From contig AP025018.1 in assembly GCA_019977735.1 (NCBI GenBank), positions 4,746,580 through 4,778,579 of the forward strand: 32,000 bases of DNA, in the 5' to 3' direction. Position 1 is the stretch's first letter. Each line of letters opens with the position of its first letter. Source of the DNA: Calothrix sp. PCC 7716. GTDB taxonomy: Bacteria > Cyanobacteriota > Cyanobacteriia > Cyanobacteriales > Nostocaceae. The notes beneath the pieces were generated by a model that saw only the letters and a list, made by a program, of their open reading frames with translations, did not search any database and was not told the DNA's origin. A program made the position numbers and the translations under genes. Below, one piece after another: positions 1-9,172 of the stretch.

Positions 1-41
1 AAAGACCCAAAAATCAACTTCTTCATAAAAAAAATCTCGAT

Positions 42-800
42 TTAATAAACATGTGGACGCACTGCAATAACGCGCGCATTAGGAAAAGAACGTCGAATAT
101 TTCTTTGCCTTACAGGTTCGGAACGAGTACTTCTATCAATAAACTCGCCATTACCCACATAAATACCAACGTGAGTAATAGCTCCAGTTGGGAAACTGCC
201 ATAAGTATTGGTCAAACCAATCAAGTCACCAGGTAAGAATTGACTTTGGTCGGTCATCACCTTACCAATATCACTGCCAAAGAACGAGCGCGCCATTAAT
301 TCGCCGTTGTTAGGTTGCTTACCTGCATCCCAAGGTTGATTTGTAACTCCTACACCTTCAACAAAAGCTTCAGCAAGAATGTTACGTACAAAATCAGCAC
401 ATCGCTCTCCTTTACCTGGCTTGAAATCACGACCTATCCACGCGCGCGCACGCTTTAACACTTGAACAGCTACCGGGGATATTGTAGAGGCGCCTTTCTG
501 TGATAATGTACCCACCATCGATTGAAGCTTGTGTACTATTGTTAATGAATCAAGCCAACCTGATGCTGGAGACACCATCATTACAACCAATACAACAGAC
601 GCAATTGCATATTTCCAATTACCAAAACTTTTAGAAGCATCATCTGTACTTAGTTGATTAACAGAAGCTTGAGGTCGATGCTTACTACTTTCACCAATTT
701 CAAAAATTATTCTCATTACGAGGGGGATTTCGCTTACAGCCAATTGCTTGAATGCGCGCGAGTCTCTCAAAATCATTTGTCGGTGCAGGACAGGCTGCAT
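42..800 (-). CDS. NlpC/P60-family cell-wall peptidase with N-terminal membrane anchor
   Basis: 252-aa ORF. Hydrophobic segment YAIASVVLVVMMVSPASGW. Catalytic-type Cys in GERCADFVRNIL and His in GAITHVGIYVGNGEFIDRS, the usual NlpC/P60 (CHAP-like) Cys...His arrangement. The 5' end overlaps ORF 700..999, so the true start may be an internal Met (about 776 or 716). Confidence 0.75.
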   Translation of the reverse strand: MQPVLHRQMILRDSRAFKQLAVSEIPLVMRIIFEIGESSKHRPQASVNQLSTDDASKSFGNWKYAIASVVLVVMMVSPASGWLDSLTIVHKLQSMVGTLSQKGASTISPVAVQVLKRARAWIGRDFKPGKGERCADFVRNILAEAFVEGVGVTNQPWDAGKQPNNGELMARSFFGSDIGKVMTDQSQFLPGDLIGLTNTYGSFPTGAITHVGIYVGNGEFIDRSTRSEPVRQRNIRRSFPNARVIAVRPHVY

Positions 801-999
801 TTATATATTCATCGTTATTATTCTTGGGAGCGGACTTAATGGCATTTGCTTTCGGGCTATTTACAACTTTAGACTTCATCACAACTGCTGCAACATTAGA
901 TAAAACACTCCTTGCATCGTAAAATCTCATATATCCAGGTTGCAGGATATCCAAAATCCAAAGCACAAACAAACACCAAAATATAATCCGGCTCCACAC
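700..999 (-). CDS. hypothetical small protein with N-terminal hydrophobic segment
   Basis: 99-aa ORF. N-terminus IIFWCLFVLWILDIL looks like a signal peptide or TM segment. Lies in register with the surrounding minus-strand operon, 10-nt gap to the upstream gene. Confidence 0.4.
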   Translation of the reverse strand: MWSRIIFWCLFVLWILDILQPGYMRFYDARSVLSNVAAVVMKSKVVNSPKANAIKSAPKNNNDEYINAACPAPTNDFERLARIQAIGCKRNPPRNENNF

Positions 1000-1009
1000 T
1001 ACACTGCTC

Positions 1010-1531
1010 CTAATTCAATCGACGTACTACTGGCACTGCCAGCGAAGGTAAGTTATCGGGAATAACTTTGATTTCTTTACCCGCAGCATAACCAGGTCCT
1101 GTGATTTGCGAATTAAGCACAAACCCAATTGCGCTTAGTACTAAAAACGCAGCAGTACAACATACCCCAACGGGTGAACCAAGAATATTGCCACACCATG
1201 TAACTGGATGCCAGAAATAACGCCACGGGTTTTGGGGGTGAAACCTATGTGCTTTGTAAGTTTCTACGTAATCGATTTCAATTTCTGGTACACGGCGCCT
1301 TGACAAGCGGTCTTGCATACGGACACTTGGCGCCTGTTGAGATATTTGAGAGGGATATATTATTGGTATTGGCTGTGATACAGTTTGCGCTGTTGTATTA
1401 ATAACACCACCATTTTGCTGCATAGCGGAATTTAGCATGTTAGCTAGGTTATTCATTGGAACCAAATTCCCACCTCCTGAAAAATCTACATCTAAATCAC
1501 GAGTTTTATTTGCACCACCACGATTTGACAT
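1010..1531 (-). CDS. hypothetical membrane protein (C-terminal TM)
   Basis: 173-aa ORF. Polar Q/N-rich N-terminal half, hydrophobic segment VGVCCTAAFLVLSAIGFVL near the C-terminus. 9-nt gap to the upstream gene. No family recognised. Confidence 0.55.
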   Translation of the reverse strand: MSNRGGANKTRDLDVDFSGGGNLVPMNNLANMLNSAMQQNGGVINTTAQTVSQPIPIIYPSQISQQAPSVRMQDRLSRRRVPEIEIDYVETYKAHRFHPQNPWRYFWHPVTWCGNILGSPVGVCCTAAFLVLSAIGFVLNSQITGPGYAAGKEIKVIPDNLPSLAVPVVRRLN

Positions 1532-1540
1532 TTAATACTC

Positions 1541-2056
1541 CTAATCGCTCCAAAAATCCTCTGAGTCTATAGCTTTTCTAAATTCATCCGGCGCCAATTT
1601 GTTTGCTGGCACTACAACATTTGTATTTGTATTATGTGGTATTACACCGTCAGCAGTTGGATGCACTAATCGCAGATGGGGATGTTTGATTAAATTTGAT
1701 TGCGGTTCTAACTGCTGACTCGAAGGGTTAATATTCTCAGGTTGTATTTTGAGGTGGTCCTCGGACTCTTGCCCCAAACCAGACTCCACGTAAATACTTG
1801 AGTTGTATCCCTTTAATCCTAGGTACAGAAAGTATATAAAACCTCCAAAAAATACAACACCACATAACAAATGCAAATTCTTTCCCGGTGACGAAATTGC
1901 TACAATTCCTGTTCGACTACTTTCTTGGTAGTTAGTCTCTACTAAATCCTGCTTAAACGAGTAGATAACATTGAAAATGCTTAATCCTAAGCAAGCGACA
2001 CTAACCACAAAACTAATTAAGTAAGTACCCTTTTTACTTCTTGCCTCCATTTCCAT
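1541..2056 (-). CDS. hypothetical two-TM membrane protein
   Basis: 171-aa ORF. TM-like segments YLISFVVSVACLGLSIFNVI and LLCGVVFFGGFIYFLYLGL. Overlaps the upstream gene by 23 nt. Confidence 0.55.
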   Translation of the reverse strand: MEMEARSKKGTYLISFVVSVACLGLSIFNVIYSFKQDLVETNYQESSRTGIVAISSPGKNLHLLCGVVFFGGFIYFLYLGLKGYNSSIYVESGLGQESEDHLKIQPENINPSSQQLEPQSNLIKHPHLRLVHPTADGVIPHNTNTNVVVPANKLAPDEFRKAIDSEDFWSD

Positions 2057-2963
2057 CCCCCTTCGGGTTCATCAGTTTGGCGGGACGGAGACCGACACCG
2101 CCAACTGATTCACCACCTTTGATTACTGGTTTTGGCTCCGGCGCCCCCTTTCGATATAATTCCTTTAACTGCTGGCGCCGTAATTGCTCTAATAATTGCA
2201 ATTCTTCAACCGCTTTGTTGACATCGCTCATTTGTTTGAGGGGGTCAGAATACCCTTGCGCTCTCAATAATTGTTTTTGGCTATCAACGTATGGCTTGTA
2301 TCCACGCTGAATCTCAGTTAGCATTCGCGTAAAATCAACACTCGGTTGACTTTCAAGATTATGCGCCAAATCAATCGCTTCGAGTTTACCCAGCAGTAGA
2401 TACGCAACCGCACTCGCTGGTAATTTTTGCTTTACTTCTGTACCCTCCGTGTCTGTGTAAGACAAATAAAACTCGTTATTTCCGCCTGACACTTCGCCAA
2501 AAGTATCGAGAGTTCGTATCCTCTCAACCTCTAAACCAGGTGTCATATGCATCCGGTAAAATGGATTGCCCTGTTGGTTTCGATTCCGCTCCGATTCGAT
2601 GTAGGCTTTTATGTCTTGCGACCAACGTGCTGCTGCTAACTGGCGCCAACCTACCATTGATGTTCCATCGGGATTATTTAGCCGCAAATTTGTTGAATAG
2701 TCAGTTCGGGATAATTTCTCAAGTACTGCTTCGCGCGCTACTTGTAATTGTTGTTTAGCTGCAACTACTTCAGACCTGTCCTCATTCCCATTCACAGCGT
2801 TTACATCAACTCGTTGCTTCGATGCTGCAATCAACGAAATTGTCACCAAAACTAAGAATCCGCCTATGCCCAACAATAAAAGTAAGGTATTTTGGGGTAT
2901 TGGTTTTCGCTGCTTACTTCCATCAACAACCCCATAACGTTGTTTTGGTGAAGGATGTTGCAT
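2034..2963 (-). CDS. hypothetical single-pass membrane protein with coiled-coil segments
   Basis: 309-aa ORF. One TM (LLLLLGIGGFLVLVTISLIAA), then a soluble domain and a Q/L/E-rich C-terminal helix (VEELQLLEQLRRQQLKEL). 1-nt overlap with the upstream gene. Confidence 0.6.
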   Translation of the reverse strand: MQHPSPKQRYGVVDGSKQRKPIPQNTLLLLLGIGGFLVLVTISLIAASKQRVDVNAVNGNEDRSEVVAAKQQLQVAREAVLEKLSRTDYSTNLRLNNPDGTSMVGWRQLAAARWSQDIKAYIESERNRNQQGNPFYRMHMTPGLEVERIRTLDTFGEVSGGNNEFYLSYTDTEGTEVKQKLPASAVAYLLLGKLEAIDLAHNLESQPSVDFTRMLTEIQRGYKPYVDSQKQLLRAQGYSDPLKQMSDVNKAVEELQLLEQLRRQQLKELYRKGAPEPKPVIKGGESVGGVGLRPAKLMNPKGDGNGGKK

Positions 2964-3184
2964 TAATTAACACCCCCATCTATCACCACAAAACAACGTT
3001 TCGGCTGTTCAATCGTGCGTAATATTGCTACGGTGGCGCCACCTATTAACACTCCAGCTACTATCAACAGCGGGTTGAATGCAAGCGAGGCGCCCACACC
3101 AGTCAACGTTCCTACAACAGAGGAAATAGTTACATTCAAACCTAACCCAGCCAAACCGTTGACTAAAAAATTAATTGCTCCCAT
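2963..3184 (-). CDS. small glycine-rich two-TM protein
   Basis: 73-aa ORF. GxxxG-rich hydrophobic sequence (LVNGLAGLGLNV...LLIVAGVLIGGATVAIL). 14-nt overlap with the upstream gene. Confidence 0.5.
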   Translation of the reverse strand: MGAINFLVNGLAGLGLNVTISSVVGTLTGVGASLAFNPLLIVAGVLIGGATVAILRTIEQPKRCFVVIDGGVN

Positions 3185-3437
3185 CTTTCAGTTCCCTGGT
3201 TTTATTTAATACAACGCCTATACCAATCAAAAAACCAATCATAGTACCCCAAAACCCACCATTTAATATTGGTTCTGGCTTGACTTCTACTTTTTGAGAG
3301 TTTGGCGGTTGGCTAACATACCACCCAACCAAAAGTCCAGAAAAAGTAGAAAATCCCATAATTATCAATGCCGTGAATGAAGCATTTCCTAAACTAGTGA
3401 GCGTGCGGTTACGAAAATCAATCGCGATGGGTATCAT
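3171..3437 (-). CDS. small two-TM protein
   Basis: 88-aa ORF. TM-like FTALIIMGFSTFSGLLVGWYV and FWGTMIGFLIGIGVVL. 4-nt overlap with the upstream gene. Confidence 0.5.
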   Translation of the reverse strand: MIPIAIDFRNRTLTSLGNASFTALIIMGFSTFSGLLVGWYVSQPPNSQKVEVKPEPILNGGFWGTMIGFLIGIGVVLNKTRELKDGSN

Positions 3438-4063
3438 TTTGCTGGTGAGTTCTTCGCTGATGTGGAAGTCCTCGGATTGGATGACTTCAATTGTTTTTGC
3501 GGTTGTGTCGATGCACCCAGAAGCATTGGGTGTTCCCCTTCCCCCCAGTGGATATTCTCGAAAAAATTTACATCAATAGCTTGTAGTGCCCTTTCCTGTG
3601 CGGCGCCGAATTCAGCCGCATTTTTTGTACATCCCGATGACGAACTACCATTAGTTAAGCGGTCGCGTAACACATGTGTGGAAGCTTCAATAATTGACAT
3701 GAAACGTGTATCACCTAATTGATACGCAACTGGCATGTCATTGTACAAAATCCCTACAAAGCTATCTTTAGCTTCATTCTCAGGGTCTTTGCCAAATCTT
3801 TGTTTGATGTAAGAGCGCGCGTCAAATTGGTAGCCATCAGCAGAAACTTTTTTTGCTTGCTGCTGCATCTCTAGTACATGATTAGCAGCGACCAAAAAAG
3901 AAATATTACCTTCAGATGAAACATCTTTGATTTTCTTCAAAAATTCAACAGTTTCTAATGATAACTGGTCGCCATTTACATCCAATGTAAACATTTCACA
4001 TACAGCCAAAATCTCATCACGCTGCACTTTCAACTGTGAAACCACTTGATTGATATGCTGCAT
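3434..4063 (-). CDS. hypothetical soluble protein
   Basis: 209-aa ORF with no TM and no recognised motifs. Second gene of the operon. The start is uncertain: 47-nt overlap with 4017..4412, with an alternative Met about 23 codons in. Confidence 0.55.
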   Translation of the reverse strand: MQHINQVVSQLKVQRDEILAVCEMFTLDVNGDQLSLETVEFLKKIKDVSSEGNISFLVAANHVLEMQQQAKKVSADGYQFDARSYIKQRFGKDPENEAKDSFVGILYNDMPVAYQLGDTRFMSIIEASTHVLRDRLTNGSSSSGCTKNAAEFGAAQERALQAIDVNFFENIHWGEGEHPMLLGASTQPQKQLKSSNPRTSTSAKNSPAK

Positions 4064-4412
4064 CGTTCTCTAATCTCCTCAATACTTCACTTACAACTTC
4101 ATCTTCTTGATCGACATACTTCGGGTCTGATAAAAAATCCCTAAGTGGTATCTTGTGGTAACTTAGTATGTACTCTGGCAATCCTCCTATCGGCAATACG
4201 TTTCTCTCGTATTCTTTAAAAGTCAGTTTACAAAAGCGTGTCGCCACATAAAAATAATCCAATCTCTCAATATCAATTTCTTTAAAATACCCTCCCTTTT
4301 TCATTGGTGGTATAACACCCGCAGGTGAATACCACGCCTTCATCGCTGTTGTTGTCACTCCATAACGCTCAGATAAAGTTGTGCGCGTATGAAGTAGCTT
4401 AATACACACCAT
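4017..4412 (-). CDS. helix-turn-helix DNA-binding protein (MerR/excisionase-like N-terminus), first gene of the operon
   Basis: 131-aa ORF. The N-terminus LHTRTTLSERYGVTTTAMKAWY has the pattern of a short HTH. Preceded by about 840 bp of very AT-rich non-coding DNA. Confidence 0.5.
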   Translation of the reverse strand: MVCIKLLHTRTTLSERYGVTTTAMKAWYSPAGVIPPMKKGGYFKEIDIERLDYFYVATRFCKLTFKEYERNVLPIGGLPEYILSYHKIPLRDFLSDPKYVDQEDEVVSEVLRRLENDAAYQSSGFTVESAA

Positions 4413-5255
4413 TTTTCATGTAAACTCGCACGTGTGTTTATTCATGCTTCAAAAAAAATTATTTAATACGCAGGGTTTCGTTATCTACAACGGAACCACT
4501 AACTACAAGTAAGTTGATTTGAAGCTTCGACTCAATAGTTCGTTTCTTGACTATTCATGAGTATCATACACATCCTTTTCTAGCAATACAATACTTTATG
4601 TATAGTAAATCATGAAAAATTATCTAGTATAAATAATTAACAGAATTACGCTATTAAAGATTTTTTGTATATATGAGTGTAATTTATTAAATATTCGATT
4701 ATATATACAATAATGACGCTTACAATATTGGTTAGCGCCCATATCATCTTGTTTTATTTTTAAAATATTTTTTGAACAATCGGCTCTAAGTCACAATTTC
4801 TAGATACTTTTAAGAGCTTAAGGAAAGAGTACGTAGCACTATGTGTAGCGTTAACATCTAACCGTGCAACCAATCAACGTCTACACGCTCAGTTAGAGGC
4901 ACCTGTAAATAAATGTTGTATAGATTGTTACTTTGTTTTTAATGTAAACATTAGTAATAGCATGGTAAATTAATTAGGTGGAGTAGCAAAAAGCTGCGCG
5001 AGCAAAAAGTTTCTGCACTTTGCTTTGCTCGCGTAGTCAAAGATATAAATTAGATACACTTAAAAATATTTATGTAAAAAATAATACTATTATAGGCACG
5101 TACTTATATTGCTCAACCTACCAACGACTTATCTATGGCTTACTGCTTTTTATTTTGTATTTATCTATTACACATAGGCACCTTATAAAACTTGTATATT
5201 ATTCAATCCTGAATTATAACGGATTTACTAACTATACTTAGTATTTATTACCTGC

Positions 5256-5642
5256 ATGGTAGAACCGTTTTCATTACCCCCTGGATATAAGATTCAAAAA
5301 TTCTCACAAACTTTTTTAGATTCTTTGTTATATGCTACTACCCGTGGTATGGCAGAAATATATATTGCTGAATACCGTGGTGAAGAAGTGGGTCGAATTG
5401 TTTTTGTTAATACAGGCGCCAAGTATTTAATCTATGTATTAAATGTTAGTCCTGAACATAGACGTAAGGGAATTGGCTCATGTCTTGTTCAAACAGTTGT
5501 ACGTCTTGCAGACAAACCAATTTATTTATCTACGTATAGTGCTAAAAACTTTTATACTCGTCTTGGTTTCACGGTAGAACACGAACAAGAAATATTTGGG
5601 TTTGTTTACGGTTATGTAATGGTGCTGCGACCACCTGCTTAA
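5256..5642 (+). CDS. GNAT-family N-acetyltransferase
   Basis: 128-aa ORF. Acetyl-CoA binding motif A: VSPEHRRKGIGSCLVQ (R/Q-x-x-G-x-G/A), followed by FYTRLGF typical of the GNAT C-terminus. Confidence 0.8.
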   Translation: MVEPFSLPPGYKIQKFSQTFLDSLLYATTRGMAEIYIAEYRGEEVGRIVFVNTGAKYLIYVLNVSPEHRRKGIGSCLVQTVVRLADKPIYLSTYSAKNFYTRLGFTVEHEQEIFGFVYGYVMVLRPPA

Positions 5643-6008
5643 ACAAACTTTTAGGCACCTACCGATGCGTTAACTTCTGTTTTACTCTTCATTATTTCAG
5701 TTTACCCTCGCAAATAGCAAAGGCTGAAACTAGCGGGGGGGTAATAACTGATAATCATTTTTATAGATGTATATTATCAAGCAATTAACTTGCTTCTAAG
5801 ATAATTTACTTGGGTCTAAATTATTCATACGATACCGAAGTCGGCGCCTGTAGTAGCGTGTTGTTAGATTAATCGGGCGCCTAATACAATATTATTTTCT
5901 TGGTCTTTTTCTTTTGCCATGCACGTTTTTCACTTTTGCCTTGTTGCACTAGTCCGTTAGAACCACTGCCAGAAATCCAGTTATAATACAGATGTCAATC
6001 CCGATTCT

Positions 6009-6983
6009 GTGTCTACTATGGCATTCTCCCAGCCAGACCGATATATTAGCTTACTAACAGATTTTGGCTTCAAGCGTGTTTTTGGGTCGGAGCCAAATAA
6101 ACGCTTGCTTATAGATTTTCTCAACACGCTGCTACCGGACTATCATCAAATTCGGGATGTGACGTTTAAAAATTTAGAGAACCTGGGCGGTACAATATTG
6201 GATCGTAAAGCAATTTTTGATGTGTACTGTGAGGCAGAAAATGGAGACCGCTTTATTGTAGAACTCCAGAAAGTCAAGCAAAACTTTTTCAAAGACCGTA
6301 GTGTGTACTATGCGAGTTTTCCGATTCAAGAGCAAGCAGAGAAGGGAGAATGGAACTATGAATTAGCTCCTGTTTACCTGGTAGGATTGCTTGATTTTAT
6401 CTTTGATGACCATAAAAATGACCCGACATTTTTGCATGTTGTCGAGCTAAAAGACCAGGAATGTCGCGTTTTTTATGACAAGTTAAAGTTTATCTACATC
6501 GAGTTACCGAAGTTTAGCAAGACATTAGAGCAGTTGGAGACACATTTTGACAAGTGGCTATTTCTGTTTCGCCACCTACCCGAGTTATATGAACCACCAC
6601 CACCGTTGCAGGAGGAAGTGTTTGAGGAAGTGTTTGAGATAGCGGAGATTGCTAACTTTTCTCGTGATGAATACCGTAGTTATCAAGCGAGTTTAAAGGT
6701 TTACCGGGATTGGTATGCCATAGAAATGACTGGTCGGCAGGAAGCAAGACAGCAAGGACTAGAAGAAGGACGAGAAGAAGGACGCTCAGAAGGACGAGAA
6801 GAGGAAGCTAGAGCGCTTGTGAGGCGCCTTTTAACCCGCCGACTAAAACAAGAATTGTCCGAAGAGATACATAATCGTCTTTCCACGCTGCCGCTCTCAG
6901 TACTCGAAGACCTTAGCGAGGCTTTATTAGACTTCGCAACCTTGGCTGATTTAAACGATTGGTTGGCAAAACTCCATTCTTGA
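6009..6983 (+). CDS. Rpn-family (YhgA-like) PD-(D/E)XK recombination-promoting nuclease / putative transposase with DUF4351-like tail
   Basis: 324-aa ORF. N-terminal ISLLTDFGFKRVFG signature. PD-(D/E)XK-like D...E-x-K in FDVYCEAENGDRFIVELQK. C-terminal charged repeat EGREEGRSEGREEE and an alpha-helical tail, as in the many cyanobacterial copies of this family. Confidence 0.8.
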   Translation: MSTMAFSQPDRYISLLTDFGFKRVFGSEPNKRLLIDFLNTLLPDYHQIRDVTFKNLENLGGTILDRKAIFDVYCEAENGDRFIVELQKVKQNFFKDRSVYYASFPIQEQAEKGEWNYELAPVYLVGLLDFIFDDHKNDPTFLHVVELKDQECRVFYDKLKFIYIELPKFSKTLEQLETHFDKWLFLFRHLPELYEPPPPLQEEVFEEVFEIAEIANFSRDEYRSYQASLKVYRDWYAIEMTGRQEARQQGLEEGREEGRSEGREEEARALVRRLLTRRLKQELSEEIHNRLSTLPLSVLEDLSEALLDFATLADLNDWLAKLHS

Positions 6984-7356
6984 CGTTATTATTAGACACC
7001 TAGGAGTGCCAGATGCTAAAGTTGACAAAACATATTTTGACGTTTAACGCATTCGCTGCATACTCAAAATATACTGGCTCTGGGTTGAGCAACTTAATAT
7101 TGAATGCTCCTTTCGTTTTTCAAGCGGCTTGTTCCGCACCTAAAAATCCTTGTACCATAAGCTTTGTAGCTAATTAAGACAGTGTTTGTTCCGCACTTGC
7201 TCCCACTACCTTTGATAACTTTGTCCTCTACTTCAGCAAGCCTAGTCGTAGCGTGAATACTCAGTTTTTTAAATTTATATATTTATACGCTGACTTTTGA
7301 AGGAAGTGCCACAGTCAGAATAAGCGTATTTTAATTCACCTGATGTTGTGTATTGT

Positions 7357-8646
7357 TCACGAATCTGGTCTACTAAGCTTTTGAGGAATGGGCCGTTCAG
7401 CAGCCATCACAGCAACTACTTCACCATTTTCATCGCGTTCAAAATTGAACTTCTTAATCATCGCCATTTTTGCTGCTTCCAATCTAAGTTCTTGGCTGTG
7501 ACTTACCAGCCACTCGTTAAGTAGAGCTATCTGAGCTTCTGGCTGTTTATGGAGATAATTAAAACGGCGCCTTTCCTCCTCTAAATTCACTGATTTCTTT
7601 AACTGCGGTAGTTTTTTGATTTGTGCGGCGCCAGTAGCCTCAGCAAAAGACTGATGAGCGTCTGTTGGTGTGGCTGATTTGGTTGGGACTAAAACAGCGG
7701 CGCCACGTTCAACCAATGTTCTAATATTTGCCATCAGGACTTGTGTATTTTCCTGTGTAGCTTCGGGTTTGGCTACGAAACAACTAGGTAAGATAGCTTG
7801 CCCATTACTATTTTGAACTTGGTTACACGTCTGGGTCGCGGTTGTGATGTATTCCAGAAATTGGGGATATAAAGCTACCTCAGTTCGAGACGGATTGTTA
7901 TAAAACTCGCTATATGCACATCCGTAAGCATCTGCTTCCCAACGTCCGCCTTGAGGCTTGTATTTGGTGTCAGCCCACCAATTCAGGAAAACTGGGTAAG
8001 GGCGCCCAACCTCTATTTCCCAAACAAATTTTTCTCGATTTTCATTTTCTAAGCTTGTTCGCTTTTTCGGGTTTATCGAACCAGCCACGGGAATATTGCT
8101 CTCATGATTAACCTTGTGTTCATTGAAGATTTTGGGTGGGGTTTCTGAGTTGGAAGGGATTTCTGGCGCCTGCGGATTTGGGGTATTTGAAGGAATTGGG
8201 GGATTCTCTCTTGAACCCTCTAGAGAGTGAGGAGTTTTATCTGAAGTGGAATCTATGTTATGTGCTGCTCTTTTTGAACAATTTGAATTGTCTATCATGG
8301 GCGCCTCGATGTGTTCAAAATGAACAAAGGTTTCCAAAGCCTCTTTATTTAAGGTATACCAGTTGGCTTGGTAATAAGTTTTGGCTGCGAGTCTTTCAAC
8401 AGATATCAGCCCAAGTTGCTTAAGGTGACTTACTACTCTTCTAACAGTGCTAACAGATAAACAAAGTTCTTGAGACCATTGCTGATATGTTTTCCAAAAC
8501 CACTTAGTACCATCAACCACTTTGCCTCCTTTTACGCTCATCCAATAATGTGCTTGCTGTAGAAAGGTGGCTTCGTTACGCCCAATTTTGGCAGCCAGTT
8601 CGGTTGAGTAAAATAAATAATTCCCGTCAAAAAGAAGCCTGGTCAT
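7357..8646 (-). CDS. winged-helix DNA-binding protein, candidate plasmid replication initiator
   Basis: 429-aa ORF. N-terminal 90 aa (YSTELAAKIGRNEATFLQQAHYW...WSQELCLSVSTVRRVVSHLKQLGLISVERL) resemble the wHTH N-domains of plasmid/phage replication organiser proteins. Followed by a P/S/N-rich linker and an unrecognised C-terminal domain. The function is an inference. Confidence 0.45.
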   Translation of the reverse strand: MTRLLFDGNYLFYSTELAAKIGRNEATFLQQAHYWMSVKGGKVVDGTKWFWKTYQQWSQELCLSVSTVRRVVSHLKQLGLISVERLAAKTYYQANWYTLNKEALETFVHFEHIEAPMIDNSNCSKRAAHNIDSTSDKTPHSLEGSRENPPIPSNTPNPQAPEIPSNSETPPKIFNEHKVNHESNIPVAGSINPKKRTSLENENREKFVWEIEVGRPYPVFLNWWADTKYKPQGGRWEADAYGCAYSEFYNNPSRTEVALYPQFLEYITTATQTCNQVQNSNGQAILPSCFVAKPEATQENTQVLMANIRTLVERGAAVLVPTKSATPTDAHQSFAEATGAAQIKKLPQLKKSVNLEEERRRFNYLHKQPEAQIALLNEWLVSHSQELRLEAAKMAMIKKFNFERDENGEVVAVMAAERPIPQKLSRPDS

Positions 8647-8830
8647 ATAACTATCTCCTTAAAAATTTAAAGATTGAATCGGCACACACGTGCAAACAAA
8701 TTGCCTGTAACCGCAACCATGACAATGATTGCTCGCGCTTGTTTAATGTTTTGAGTTAATAAATGATTGCTGTTTAAGAGGATGTTTGAAAAGTAATTTT
8801 TAATACACAGTAGTTATGCTAATCCCCCAA

Positions 8831-8883
8831 CCCCCCTTAATAAGGGTTGCTTGAATGTATGTTTTTCGCCTTATTAAGGGGGG
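8831..8883. repeat. perfect 15-bp inverted repeat (CCCCCCTTAATAAGG / CCTTATTAAGGGGGG) with 23-nt spacer
   Basis: Read directly: arms 8831-8845 and 8869-8883 are exact reverse complements. Lies between the 3' end of gene 9173..9973 and the 5' end of gene 7357..8646 (both minus strand). Confidence 0.7.
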
Positions 8884-9172
8884 ATTCTCCAAGACTATAG
8901 TTTAATTTTATACTTTACAAACAACCTCTAAGACTTTGATGATGCCCCTTTGTAAATATTTAACTTGATGTTGAGGCGCCACCTTAAATTATACAGACAG
9001 TGATTGAAATTTTGTTTCAAACAGCTAAATACTTGAAATATTCTGTTTTGACGCAGTTATTTCAACTACGCAATACAAAGGCGTAAACATTGGCGCATGT
9101 TACTAGACAATGACCAAGTTTACACCTTGATTTTAATCGCATCTACATAAACTAGCTTTTTTCACTACATTT

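Noticed and set aside
51-4000. Plus-strand ORFs nested in the minus-strand operon (51..236, 654..839, 2041..2310, 2540..2758, 2822..3022, 3015..3209, 3373..3579, 3462..3722).
   Set aside because: All are antisense shadows of longer, better-structured minus-strand genes. Their Pro/Arg/Ser-rich compositions are typical of antisense frames.
5020-5241. 73-aa ORF upstream of the GNAT gene.
   Set aside because: It lies in very AT-rich DNA with a low-complexity Ile/Leu/Tyr/Asn composition typical of random ORFs in AT-rich spacers. It has no start context or motifs.
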